Shown: one piece after another, positions 37,971-45,844 of the stretch | Numbering within the stretch: position 1 is the stretch's first letter | Layout of the letters: every line of letters starts with the position of its first letter | Source of the DNA: an uncultured Planctomycetia bacterium | GTDB taxonomy: Bacteria > Planctomycetota > MHYJ01 > WSZJ01 | DNA: 64,000 bases | Assembly (NCBI GenBank): GCA_963706735.1 | Contig: CAVPNQ010000096.1 | Span: 2,368 to 66,367, forward strand | Direction: 5' to 3' | Translations under genes and position numbers: made by a program | The notes under the pieces: generated by a model | What the model was told of the DNA's origin: nothing | The model's input: the letters and a program-made list of their open reading frames with translations, nothing else | The model's database searches: none

Positions 37971-38429
37971 ATGGACCGAGTCAAGATCGCAGAAACGCTG
38001 TTCGTGGCAGTGGGTGAGGCGAAGGCCGAGCGCGAGCGCCTGTTGCCCCAGCTCAAGGCGATCAACGAGCAACTCAACCAGCTCGACGCAGTAATCGCGG
38101 CCGGCGACGCCTACCTGCGTGGGTTCAAGGCCATCCCGGACGCGGCCCCCATCGCCGCGGCGGCAGAGAAGACGTCGGCGACCCAGCCGACGGGCGAGCA
38201 ACCTCGTGCGATGCTCGGAAAGGGAGAACTCCCGCGGATTGTGAGGGCACTCTTGGCCAACGGCAAGGAACTGACGATCCCCGAAATCGTCCGCGACGCG
38301 CGCATCGCTTTCGGCAAGGCGCTGTCTTCTGGAAGCCTAAGGACGATGCTCAATCGACAGAAAAAGACCGGCACGTTCATGCCCGGGGCCCGGGGTTGGA
38401 AAGTCGTTCCGAGAAAAGAAGGAGCGTAG
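37971..38429 (+). CDS. hypothetical protein (N-terminal coiled-coil, C-terminal winged-helix-like segment), first gene of the low-GC patch
   Basis: Good SD gggagg 7 nt upstream of the ATG. Local GC is visibly lower than the flanks. The segment LPRIVRALLANGKELTIPEIVRDARIAFGKALSSGSLRTML resembles small HTH/wHTH modules. Confidence 0.6.
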   Translation: MDRVKIAETLFVAVGEAKAERERLLPQLKAINEQLNQLDAVIAAGDAYLRGFKAIPDAAPIAAAAEKTSATQPTGEQPRAMLGKGELPRIVRALLANGKELTIPEIVRDARIAFGKALSSGSLRTMLNRQKKTGTFMPGARGWKVVPRKEGA

Positions 38430-38440
38430 CCAATAAAAAA

Positions 38441-38456
38441 GCCCCGTCGCCGGGGC
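38441..38456. terminator. short GC hairpin flanked by an A-run
   Basis: aaaaaa-gccccg-tcgc-cggggc, located between the stop at 38429 and the tRNA at 38471. Confidence 0.35.
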
Positions 38457-38470
38457 TCAAGACTGAGGTC

Positions 38471-38558
38471 GCGTGCATGGCGGAATCGGCATACGCAGCG
38501 GTCTTTAAAACCGCGGCTCCTTGGCGGGAGATTGAGGGTTCGACTCCCTCTGCACGCA
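38471..38558 (+). tRNA. class II (Leu-type) tRNA with anticodon UUA, a predicted ochre (UAA) suppressor
   Basis: Manual fold: GCGTGCA-TG-GCG-GAATCGGCATA-CGC-A-GCGGT-CTTTAAA-ACCGC, a variable arm of about 18 nt, then GAGGG-TTCGACT-CCCTC-TGCACGC-A. The anticodon is positions 38505-38507 (TTA). The D-arm is near-identical to bacterial tRNA-Leu, and the discriminator is A. Confidence 0.7.
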
Positions 38559-38566
38559 TCGAGGTT

Positions 38567-38661
38567 GCTGGCATGGCGGAATTAGCAGACGCAGCCGACT
38601 TGGGATCGGCGGGGGTATCCTTGACCGGGGCCCCGTACGGGTGCAAGTCCCGTCGTCAGCA
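38567..38661 (+). tRNA. atypical 95-nt Leu-type tRNA-like gene with anticodon UGG (possibly a pseudogene or non-canonical tRNA)
   Basis: Fold: GCTGGCA-TG-GCG-GAATTAGCAGA-CGC-A-GCCGA-CTTGGGA-TCGGC, a 26-nt variable region, then ACGGG-TGCAAGT-CCCGT-CGTCAGC-A. The acceptor has 6/7 pairs, the T-loop has G at position 55, and the variable region is over-long. The flanks cgaggt/acctcg extend the stem and are followed by cttttt. Confidence 0.45.
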
Positions 38662-38819
38662 CCTCGCTTTTTCACAGAACGTAGAAGCGATGGCCATCTA
38701 ATCGCCGCTGCATCGACATGTCAAGAAGATCTCTTGCCGCGCTGCGTCAACTCCTCGGCGCGCCAGCCTGATCACCTTTAGGAGTTTATTTCAAATCCGC
38801 TTGCCGGCGCGCCCAAGCC

Positions 38820-39400
38820 TGAAGCTGCCCCCATCTTTTGGAAGGTGACTATGCAGTGATTTAGGCAAAGTCGCCGTCTGAAACGTTTGGTCGGTCATCT
38901 GTCATCGGTCAGAGGCGGGGGAAGCACGCCGTCGAGTTCAAGGCCCGGGTGGCGCAGAATGCGGGGCCCGGACGCAAGACTCTTGGCGATCTGGGGGCGG
39001 CCGCCGGGTGCATACGACGGTAATCGCGGGGTAGAACCGGATACTCCTCGATGCGGCGCCGCATCCTTTCGCCCGAGGTGTCTCAGTTAGAGGGCAGTCG
39101 CGGGGCGGATATCATGGCGCCTCTGTACGAGCACACCGGCCCGTTCAAGATGTTGCTGGACGGCCAAAGAATAAGCTCTGATCGGCGAGATGCGACAGAA
39201 GCGCGCCTGGATCGAGCCGGGTTACTCGAAAATAGCCCTCTCGCGGTAGTGCCGGCTGTCCGGCCCGCGCGGTCGAGCTACTACTATGTGCCGATGGCTA
39301 CGGAAAGCGCGTCGTATCTACGTCTGAGGAGGGCGGTCCCGTACGCTCGAACGGATGCGTACAGCTGGATCTTGACCGAGTGGCCAGAACAGAGTCCTGG
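38820..39400 (+). pseudogene. decayed IS3-family transposase (orfA plus 5' part of orfB) with a possible left inverted repeat
   Basis: tgaagctgcccccatc at 38820 resembles IS3/IS407-type IR ends. Translated fragments AVEFKARVAQNAGPGRKTLGDLGAAAG, LYEHTGPFKMLLDG, IEPGYSKIALSR*CRL and RSSYYYVP match the conserved orfA/orfB N-terminal regions, but they are spread over frames with TAA/TAG stops. The fragment is truncated before the DDE domain. Confidence 0.65.
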
Positions 39401-39474
39401 GCCGGATGGGTTCAAGTGTTCGCGTGGGCGGGTGGCGCGAAGCGCTCGACACTCCGTATACTCCGTCACCAACA

Positions 39475-40761
39475 ATGCCACACCTCCAACAAAGCCTCTT
39501 CGGTGAGACCCAGCCTCTTTCAACGCGGCCAAAGAAGGCGGATACCTCCTCAACGTTCGCCGGGAACACCAAGCTCCCCGTGCATCGCTGGTTTCGTTTC
39601 AGCCCTGGATTCTCGGCGCCATGGGCCGAGTCGGTCATTCGAGATGCAGGAGCAACCCGCGTCCTGGATCCGTTCGCCGGGTCGGGTACCACGCTCCTTG
39701 CTGCAGAGGATGTCGGAGTGGAAGCCATCGGGGTAGAGGCTCATCCGTTCATATATCGCGTCGCTTTCGCGAAGCTGTTTCGTCGTTCTGACCCGGAAGA
39801 TTTCCTCGCGCGAGTCCGAAAAATTCGTTCCTCCGCCGCGCGGCGCAAGGGATCCAGTGAGGGGTACCCGTCGCTCGTAGAGCGGTGTTACCCGCCGGAC
39901 GTGCTTGCTGCACTGGATGCGCTTCGCGCAGCGGTAGAGGACTCTCGCGATGATTCAGCAGCATGGCATCTCTCCTGGATGGCGCTGGTGTGCATCTTGC
40001 GGATGTGCTCCCCGGTGGGAACGGCCCAGTGGCAATACGTGCTGCCCAGCAAGGTGAAAAAGCGCACGGCAGAGCCCTTCATGGCGTTCGATTCGATGAC
40101 TCAGGGCATGGCCGCGGACATGCGAACGGTAAGGTGCGCCGGGCCCCGAGCCCGTGTACTCGCGGGTGACGCCCGAAACCTAGCTGACGTGCCGGACGGC
40201 TGGGCCGATCTCGTCGTTACCTCGCCTCCGTATCCCAACAACTACGACTACGCTGACGCGACACGGCTTGAGATGTGTTTCTTCCGCGAAGTAAATGGCT
40301 GGGGGGATCTCCAAGAAACGGTGCGCAGGCTCTTGGTTCGAGCCTGCACGCAACATGTCCCGGAGCGAGCCGTGAATCTCGGCGAAGTGCTCGCCGCGCC
40401 CGAGTTGGCACCCATCCGCAAACCACTCACCGAGGTCTGCGAACAACTCGCCGAAATCCGGAAGACGAAGGGCGGGAAGAAGACCTACCACCTCATGGTC
40501 GCGTGCTATTTCCACGATCTTGCGCGAACGTGGCAGGCACTCCGTCGCTGCGCCGCTCCCGGCGCGCGCGCGTGCTTCGTCATCGGGGATTCAGCTCCTT
40601 ACGGTGTCTACGTCTCGGCCGTGGAATGGTTGGGTGAACTGGCGCTCGGCGCCGGATTCAGGACTTGGGAGTTCGAGCGGACGCGGGATCGAAACGTAAA
40701 GTGGAAGAATCGAAAACACCGCGTCCCGCTTTGCGAGGGGCGACTTTGGGTGAAAGGCTGA
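39475..40761 (+). CDS. SAM-dependent DNA methyltransferase (N6-A/N4-C type; motif I before motif IV)
   Basis: ATG at 39475. Motif I VLDPFAGSGTTLLAAE, motif IV LVVTSPPYPNNYDY, and a C-terminal FVIGDSAPYG. Followed 3 nt later by a nuclease-like gene. Confidence 0.75.
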   Translation: MPHLQQSLFGETQPLSTRPKKADTSSTFAGNTKLPVHRWFRFSPGFSAPWAESVIRDAGATRVLDPFAGSGTTLLAAEDVGVEAIGVEAHPFIYRVAFAKLFRRSDPEDFLARVRKIRSSAARRKGSSEGYPSLVERCYPPDVLAALDALRAAVEDSRDDSAAWHLSWMALVCILRMCSPVGTAQWQYVLPSKVKKRTAEPFMAFDSMTQGMAADMRTVRCAGPRARVLAGDARNLADVPDGWADLVVTSPPYPNNYDYADATRLEMCFFREVNGWGDLQETVRRLLVRACTQHVPERAVNLGEVLAAPELAPIRKPLTEVCEQLAEIRKTKGGKKTYHLMVACYFHDLARTWQALRRCAAPGARACFVIGDSAPYGVYVSAVEWLGELALGAGFRTWEFERTRDRNVKWKNRKHRVPLCEGRLWVKG

Positions 40762-40764
40762 TCG

Positions 40765-41628
40765 GTGGCTACCTCCCCGACACACAGGTTCGGCCAGATC
40801 ATCGGCGATGTTCTCGAGGCGGCGCTAAATGAACCGCTTTCGGAAGTGGCGAAGCGACACGGGCTGTACCTCGACTGCAAACGCCCGCGCGCAGCTCGAG
40901 GTGGAAAGTCGAAAGTCGGATGGGATGACAACAAGGGGAACCGGCACGACTTGGATTATGTCCTAGAGGCGGGTGGAACAGACGCTACCGTTGGACGGCC
41001 GAAGGCATTCATCGAAATCGCGTACCGCCGCTATACGAAGCACTCGCGCAACAAGTCCCAAGAAATTCAAGGCGCGATCACTCCGCTCTGCGAAACGTAC
41101 GCACAGGACCACCCGTTCATCGGCGGCGTGTTGGCCGGCGTCTTCACGGAGGGATCGCTTACCCAACTTCGCTCTCACGGATTTGACGTGCTCTACATGC
41201 CGTTCGACAGCATCGTCAAGGCCTTCAAGGTGGTCGGGATAGACGCGTACTTTGATGAGGAATCGGAGGATTCTGAGGTGCAACGCAAGGTGGACAAATG
41301 GAATCGTCTCCCCGCGAACGCCACAGCAAAGGTCGGGGCAGAGATGCGCAAGGTCGAAAGCGCCGCGTTTGCCAAGTTCGTGACTGGGCTGGAGGTGGCG
41401 CTCAACCGTTCGGTCACTTCGGTTTTCGTGCTGGCCTTACACGGCCAAGCGAAGGAGGTGACCACTGTCGAGTCCGCCATTGCCTTCATCGACGGGTTTA
41501 ACGAAGCGAGGGCGGGTGGAAAGTTTGTGAGGTTCGAGGTAAATGTCCGCTACTCGAATAGAGACGAGATTCGCGGCACGTTCGAGTCAAAAGTAGAGGC
41601 CATCAGGTTTCTGCAGAGCCTTGTCTAG
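40765..41628 (+). CDS. putative restriction endonuclease (PD-(D/E)XK-like), partner of the methyltransferase
   Basis: GTG start 3 nt after the MTase stop. The segment NRHDLDYVLEAGG...KAFIEIAYRRYTKH resembles a D...E-x-K nuclease core. No other family recognised. Confidence 0.5.
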   Translation: MATSPTHRFGQIIGDVLEAALNEPLSEVAKRHGLYLDCKRPRAARGGKSKVGWDDNKGNRHDLDYVLEAGGTDATVGRPKAFIEIAYRRYTKHSRNKSQEIQGAITPLCETYAQDHPFIGGVLAGVFTEGSLTQLRSHGFDVLYMPFDSIVKAFKVVGIDAYFDEESEDSEVQRKVDKWNRLPANATAKVGAEMRKVESAAFAKFVTGLEVALNRSVTSVFVLALHGQAKEVTTVESAIAFIDGFNEARAGGKFVRFEVNVRYSNRDEIRGTFESKVEAIRFLQSLV

Positions 41629-41866
41629 GCGCCACTGTTCCGCCCCGCTTCGAGCGCCTGCCGCGATCTCGCATGCTTGATGCTCTCCGAACCTGGCTGA
41701 ACCTAACCGCAGAACACCTCCGCAGCGCAGTCGGTTGCGCGACAAATTCCTTCCGGTATTCCGGCGCACCGAGAGATCCAAACCACGTCGGCCCGCGTTG
41801 ACTCTGTGTATGCACACCGGTAGCCTCCCGACCACGCAACTCACCGAGTTCCCGTGCGTACCGCTC

Positions 41867-44197
41867 ATGCACAAATCACCCATGTCCGGTTTCGGGACGA
41901 CGCCGCGCGAGCCTCCGCGCGAAGTGGGGCGGTATCGCCTCGTGTCCCCGCTGGGGCAGGGAGGCATGGGCATTGTGTTCGAAGCGGAGGACCCCGACCT
42001 CGGGCGACCCGTCGCGCTGAAGTTCATGAATGCGGGGCCGCTTCTTGAAGAGCACGTCAGCCGGTTTCTTCGCGAGTCGCGGCTGGCGGCGCGGCTTCGA
42101 CATCCGAACATCGTCACGGTGCATGAAGTCGGGACGGCGGAGCTCTACGGGAGTCCGGTGCCTTATCTCTGCATGGAACTCGTCCGCGGGCGGACGCTCC
42201 AGGACGAACTCGCGGGTGCCGGATCCGACCTGAAGGGCGTCGTTTCGATGCTCGAGCGGATTTCCCGGGCGGTCCACTACGCGCACGAAGAAGGCGTGCT
42301 GCATCGCGACCTCAAGCCGTCGAACATCCTGATCGACGCCGCGGGGACGCCTTTCCTCACCGACTTCGGCCTCGCCCGGCCGCTCGACAACGCGACGCAG
42401 CTCACGTTGAGCGGCGTCATGATCGGCACTCCGGACTACATGTCGCCGGAGCAGGCCACGGGGCGCACGAGGGACCTTGGGCCCTGGACCGACGTGTGGT
42501 CCCTCGGCGTCATCCTCTACCAGGCGGCGACGAAAACGCTGCCGTTCCGGAAGGACAACGTCCTGGGCACGCTCGCGGCGATCCGGGAAGACGACCCGAC
42601 TCCCGTGCTCCAGCTGAACCCCGCCGTTCCCGCGGACCTCGATTTCATCGTGCGCAAGGCGCTTCAGAAGTCGCACGCGCGGCGGTACGCGACGGCGCGC
42701 GACCTGGCAAACGACCTGAAGCGCTGGCTGGTCGGCGAGAAGATCGAGACGGACTCGGGGATGCCGCTGGGCCCGGAGAGGCAGCGGACGCGCAACGTGC
42801 GCGACCTGTGGGAATCGCTTGGGCACACCCTGCTGCTCAAGGGCGACTACATCGGGGCGGAAGAGGCGTTCGAAGCGGTGCGCGACGCGGCGGAGCGGCA
42901 GGGCTCGAGTTCGCCCGCGAGCGAGGCTCGCCAGCTGCGGAATCTCGCCATCGTGTCCGCGCGGCTCGGGCGCATCGAGGTGGCGATCCGGCGATGCACC
43001 GAGGGGATTTCGAAAGCGGGAGCCGACGATCCGGCGGGTGCGGCCTGGCTCCACGCAGTGGCCGGCCTGGCCTGCTGCTACGACGGCCGCTTCGCCGACG
43101 CGGCCCTGCGCGCCGGGTGCGGGAGGCAGCGGCTGGAGGAATCGCCGGCGGGATCGGAGGCCGACCGCGCGGGCGCCGGGGCGATGCTCTTTCGGACCGA
43201 GGGCAACGTGCTGCTGGGACAGGGGCAGCCGCTGAAGGCGGCGCAGGCGTTCGAGGCGGGGCTCGCGCTGAGCCGGAAATGCGGGGACCTGGTGGAAGAG
43301 TCCACCGCGCTCTTCAATGTGGCGGACGCCTACGCCCATGCCGGCGATGCGCGGCGGGCGCTGGCGGGTTTCGAAGAAGCGCTGCTGGCGAAGGCGGCGC
43401 TGGGGGACCGGTGGGGGCTGGCGGGCACGCACAACAAGCTGGCGTGGCTCTGCCTGGAAGGAGGGAACCCGCAGCGGGCGCTGGAGATGGCGATCCGGGG
43501 GACGCGCCTGGCGGAGCAGACCGAGGACCGCCGGATGATCGCGATCAACCGCCTGGCGCTGGGGCAGATCCGGCTGTCGCGCCACGAGATGGAAGAGGCT
43601 CGGCGCGAATGCGTGGCGGCGCTCGATCACGCGGCCGCGATCGGGGCGACGCCGGAGGTCATCGAGTGCCTGCTCGGGCTCGCGGCGGTGGACCGCACCG
43701 AGGGGCTGCTCGTCCGCGCCGGGGAACGGGTCGCGCGGGCGAAGGCGCTCGCCGAGCAGTCCGGGGAGACCGCGCTGGCCGAAGTCGAGGCGCGGTTCGC
43801 CAGGGTGAGAACCCCCGCGCTGGACCTCGAGGCGATGGTGGAGGTCTGCGAAGCGCATGCCGCGACGGGCCAGGTGGACAAGGCGGTCGAGATTCTGCGG
43901 TCGCTCGCGGAACGGTCGGCCGCCATCGGGTCCGATTCCGCAGAGGCGGACGCCCGCCTGCTTCTGGCTCGATTGACGAGCGATGTAGTCCAGGCCCGTT
44001 CCGCGCAGGCCCTTGCCGACAGGATCGGGACGCCCCTGCGCCGGGCCCGCGCAGCCCGGCTCGTGGCCGACCTCGGCGGGGGCACTTCGGATCGCGCCGC
44101 GGCGGAATTGCTGAGAGCTCAGCTTCTCCGCGGCGTGCCACCCGACTGCGTCGAGGCCGCGCTGGCCGCGTGGGGAAAGGGCCCCCTTCCGATTTAA
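41867..44197 (+). CDS. serine/threonine protein kinase with a C-terminal TPR/tetratricopeptide-like array
   Basis: Gly-loop GQGGMGIVFEA, VALK, catalytic HRDLKPSNIL, DFGLA, MSPEQ, then about 480 aa of TPR-like helices. The start is ATG 41867 or 41882. Confidence 0.85.
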   Translation: MHKSPMSGFGTTPREPPREVGRYRLVSPLGQGGMGIVFEAEDPDLGRPVALKFMNAGPLLEEHVSRFLRESRLAARLRHPNIVTVHEVGTAELYGSPVPYLCMELVRGRTLQDELAGAGSDLKGVVSMLERISRAVHYAHEEGVLHRDLKPSNILIDAAGTPFLTDFGLARPLDNATQLTLSGVMIGTPDYMSPEQATGRTRDLGPWTDVWSLGVILYQAATKTLPFRKDNVLGTLAAIREDDPTPVLQLNPAVPADLDFIVRKALQKSHARRYATARDLANDLKRWLVGEKIETDSGMPLGPERQRTRNVRDLWESLGHTLLLKGDYIGAEEAFEAVRDAAERQGSSSPASEARQLRNLAIVSARLGRIEVAIRRCTEGISKAGADDPAGAAWLHAVAGLACCYDGRFADAALRAGCGRQRLEESPAGSEADRAGAGAMLFRTEGNVLLGQGQPLKAAQAFEAGLALSRKCGDLVEESTALFNVADAYAHAGDARRALAGFEEALLAKAALGDRWGLAGTHNKLAWLCLEGGNPQRALEMAIRGTRLAEQTEDRRMIAINRLALGQIRLSRHEMEEARRECVAALDHAAAIGATPEVIECLLGLAAVDRTEGLLVRAGERVARAKALAEQSGETALAEVEARFARVRTPALDLEAMVEVCEAHAATGQVDKAVEILRSLAERSAAIGSDSAEADARLLLARLTSDVVQARSAQALADRIGTPLRRARAARLVADLGGGTSDRAAAELLRAQLLRGVPPDCVEAALAAWGKGPLPI

Positions 44198-44203
44198 GCC
44201 CGC

Positions 44204-44878
44204 CTAACCATTGAGGCCGGCGATCCAGAGGATGCCGACGACGAGGTTGAACGACCCCGCGACGATGCTGATCGTCTTCTGGAACTGAAGCGTGGGCGTG
44301 GTCCGCCGGCGGATCATCGCGGCGACGCCGATCGCGTAGGCGATCATCGAGACCGTGACGCCGATGCCGAAGGCCGCGAGGAACAGGAACGCCATCGCTT
44401 CCGAACCCGCGAACGCCGCGGGAATCGCGACCACGACCGCTCCGGATCCCGCCAGCCCATGGAGCAGCCCCATGAACGTCGGGGCGTGCCGGTGGACGTG
44501 CCCCGGGCCGGCGGCATGGGAGTGCGCGTGGGCATGGACGATCCCGTCTCCGTGCTCGTGCACGTGCTGGTGCAGCTTGAAGGCCCTTCGGAACGACCAG
44601 AGCGCGATCAGGATCAGCGTCGCGCCGACGATCCGCTCGCCCCACGCGCCCATGAACTCGTGGCCGATCTTGAGGTGCATCGCGGCGACGCCCACGCCCA
44701 GCACCATGAGCCCGTGGCCCGCCGCCCACCGCGCCGCGTAGCCGACCGCGTTCTTAACCGAGGGAGCGCTTCCCACGAACGCCGTCATCGCGGCGATGTG
44801 GTCCGGGTCCAGGGCGTGGCTCAGCCCGAGGACGGCGCCCGTCCCGATCATGATGGCCGGATGTGACATGGGATCCAT
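44204..44878 (-). CDS. nickel/cobalt transporter (NiCoT / UreH-like family)
   Basis: ATG at 44878. The NiCoT-like signature HALDPDHIAA is in TM2, with a His-rich loop HQHVHEHGDGIVHAHAHSHAAGPGHVHRH and the second-half motif LLHGLAGSG. Confidence 0.75.
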   Translation of the reverse strand: MDPMSHPAIMIGTGAVLGLSHALDPDHIAAMTAFVGSAPSVKNAVGYAARWAAGHGLMVLGVGVAAMHLKIGHEFMGAWGERIVGATLILIALWSFRRAFKLHQHVHEHGDGIVHAHAHSHAAGPGHVHRHAPTFMGLLHGLAGSGAVVVAIPAAFAGSEAMAFLFLAAFGIGVTVSMIAYAIGVAAMIRRRTTPTLQFQKTISIVAGSFNLVVGILWIAGLNG

Positions 44879-44980
44879 TCCGCAATCAGTCTGACAGGCG
44901 GGGGAAATCGTCGCAATCCCGTTGTAGGGCGTGACAGAATCACAGAACTCCTCCCGGGGATCCGCGTCCAAGACGCACCC

Positions 44981-45844
44981 ATGAAGCGCCTCCTGGTCAT
45001 CCTCGCCTTGCTCACAGCGACGGTCCTCTCGCCGGCCGGGGAGGACGTGGAAGGGCTGGCCCGCGAAATCATCTCCGACGACGACGAAACGAGGCTGACG
45101 GCGATCGACCGGCTGGAGCGGGGAGGCCCGGAATCGGCCCCCGCCCTTCACGCGCTCTTCGCGCATCGCGACGCCCGGGTTCGCGACGCGGCCGCGAACA
45201 TTGCCCGGAGCCGCAAGGATTTCGGGACGTTCGCCGCCGACCTCGCGGTGCTGCTTCGCGATCCCGACGCCGGCAACCGCTGGACCGCCGCGTACGTCCT
45301 CGGAAAGGGAGGCGCCGCTTCCGCCCCCGCCGCGCCGGAGCTGGTCCGCTCGATGCTGGACCCCTCGCTGCGCAACCAGGTCGCCGCGAAATGGGCCGTG
45401 GCCGCGATCGGCGAGGCCGCGTGGCCCGCGCTCGTCGAAACGCTGCGCGAGCCCTCGACGATTCTCGCCGCCCGCGCGTTCGGCCTGATCTCCGGGCCCG
45501 GCGAGCAGATCCAGGGCGGGGAAGCCTGCGCGCGGGGTGCGCTTCGGTTCGCACTCCAGAAGAGCCCCGAGCCCTCGATCCGGCGCCAGGCGGCGCGCGT
45601 CCTTCGTAGGCTCGCTCTTCTTGGAAGCGACGAAGAAGCCGCGCTTCTCAAGGCCGCGCTCGACGACGAGTCGGCGGACGTGCGGATCGCGGCGGCCGAA
45701 GCGCTGGCTCGCGTCCCTCAGGAACGGTTCGAGAACGTCCGGCGCAGTCTGCGCGAGGGGCGTCACGACGCTGATCTGAAGGCCCGCGCGGCGATCATCG
45801 AAGTCCTGAAGAAACTCGGTGCCGGCGAGGAGGAGCTCAAGTGA
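44981..45844 (+). CDS. HEAT-repeat protein with signal peptide
   Basis: Signal MKRLLVILALLTATVLSPA, followed by repeated xxVRxxAAxALGxxG HEAT/PBS-lyase motifs. Confidence 0.75.
   Translation: MKRLLVILALLTATVLSPAGEDVEGLAREIISDDDETRLTAIDRLERGGPESAPALHALFAHRDARVRDAAANIARSRKDFGTFAADLAVLLRDPDAGNRWTAAYVLGKGGAASAPAAPELVRSMLDPSLRNQVAAKWAVAAIGEAAWPALVETLREPSTILAARAFGLISGPGEQIQGGEACARGALRFALQKSPEPSIRRQAARVLRRLALLGSDEEAALLKAALDDESADVRIAAAEALARVPQERFENVRRSLREGRHDADLKARAAIIEVLKKLGAGEEELK

Noticed and set aside
39051-39506. 151-aa ORF upstream of and overlapping the methyltransferase.
   Set aside because: Its translation contains scrambled IS3-family transposase motifs (LYEHTGPFKMLLDG, RSSYYYVP). Neighbouring motifs sit in other frames and are interrupted by TAA/TAG stops. 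I called it part of a transposase pseudogene rather than a gene.
44879-44980. Cobalamin or nickel riboswitch upstream of the NiCoT transporter.
   Set aside because: The divergent intergenic region is only about 100 nt, too short for a B12 riboswitch. I could not recognise the conserved B12-box or NiCo motifs by eye. A protein operator is more likely but unproven.
44204-45766. 520-aa ORF extending the NiCoT transporter gene upstream.
   Set aside because: The upstream 295 codons overlap the HEAT-repeat gene (44981..45844) on the opposite strand and are low-complexity. The transporter homology starts at MDPMSHPAIM (ATG 44878).
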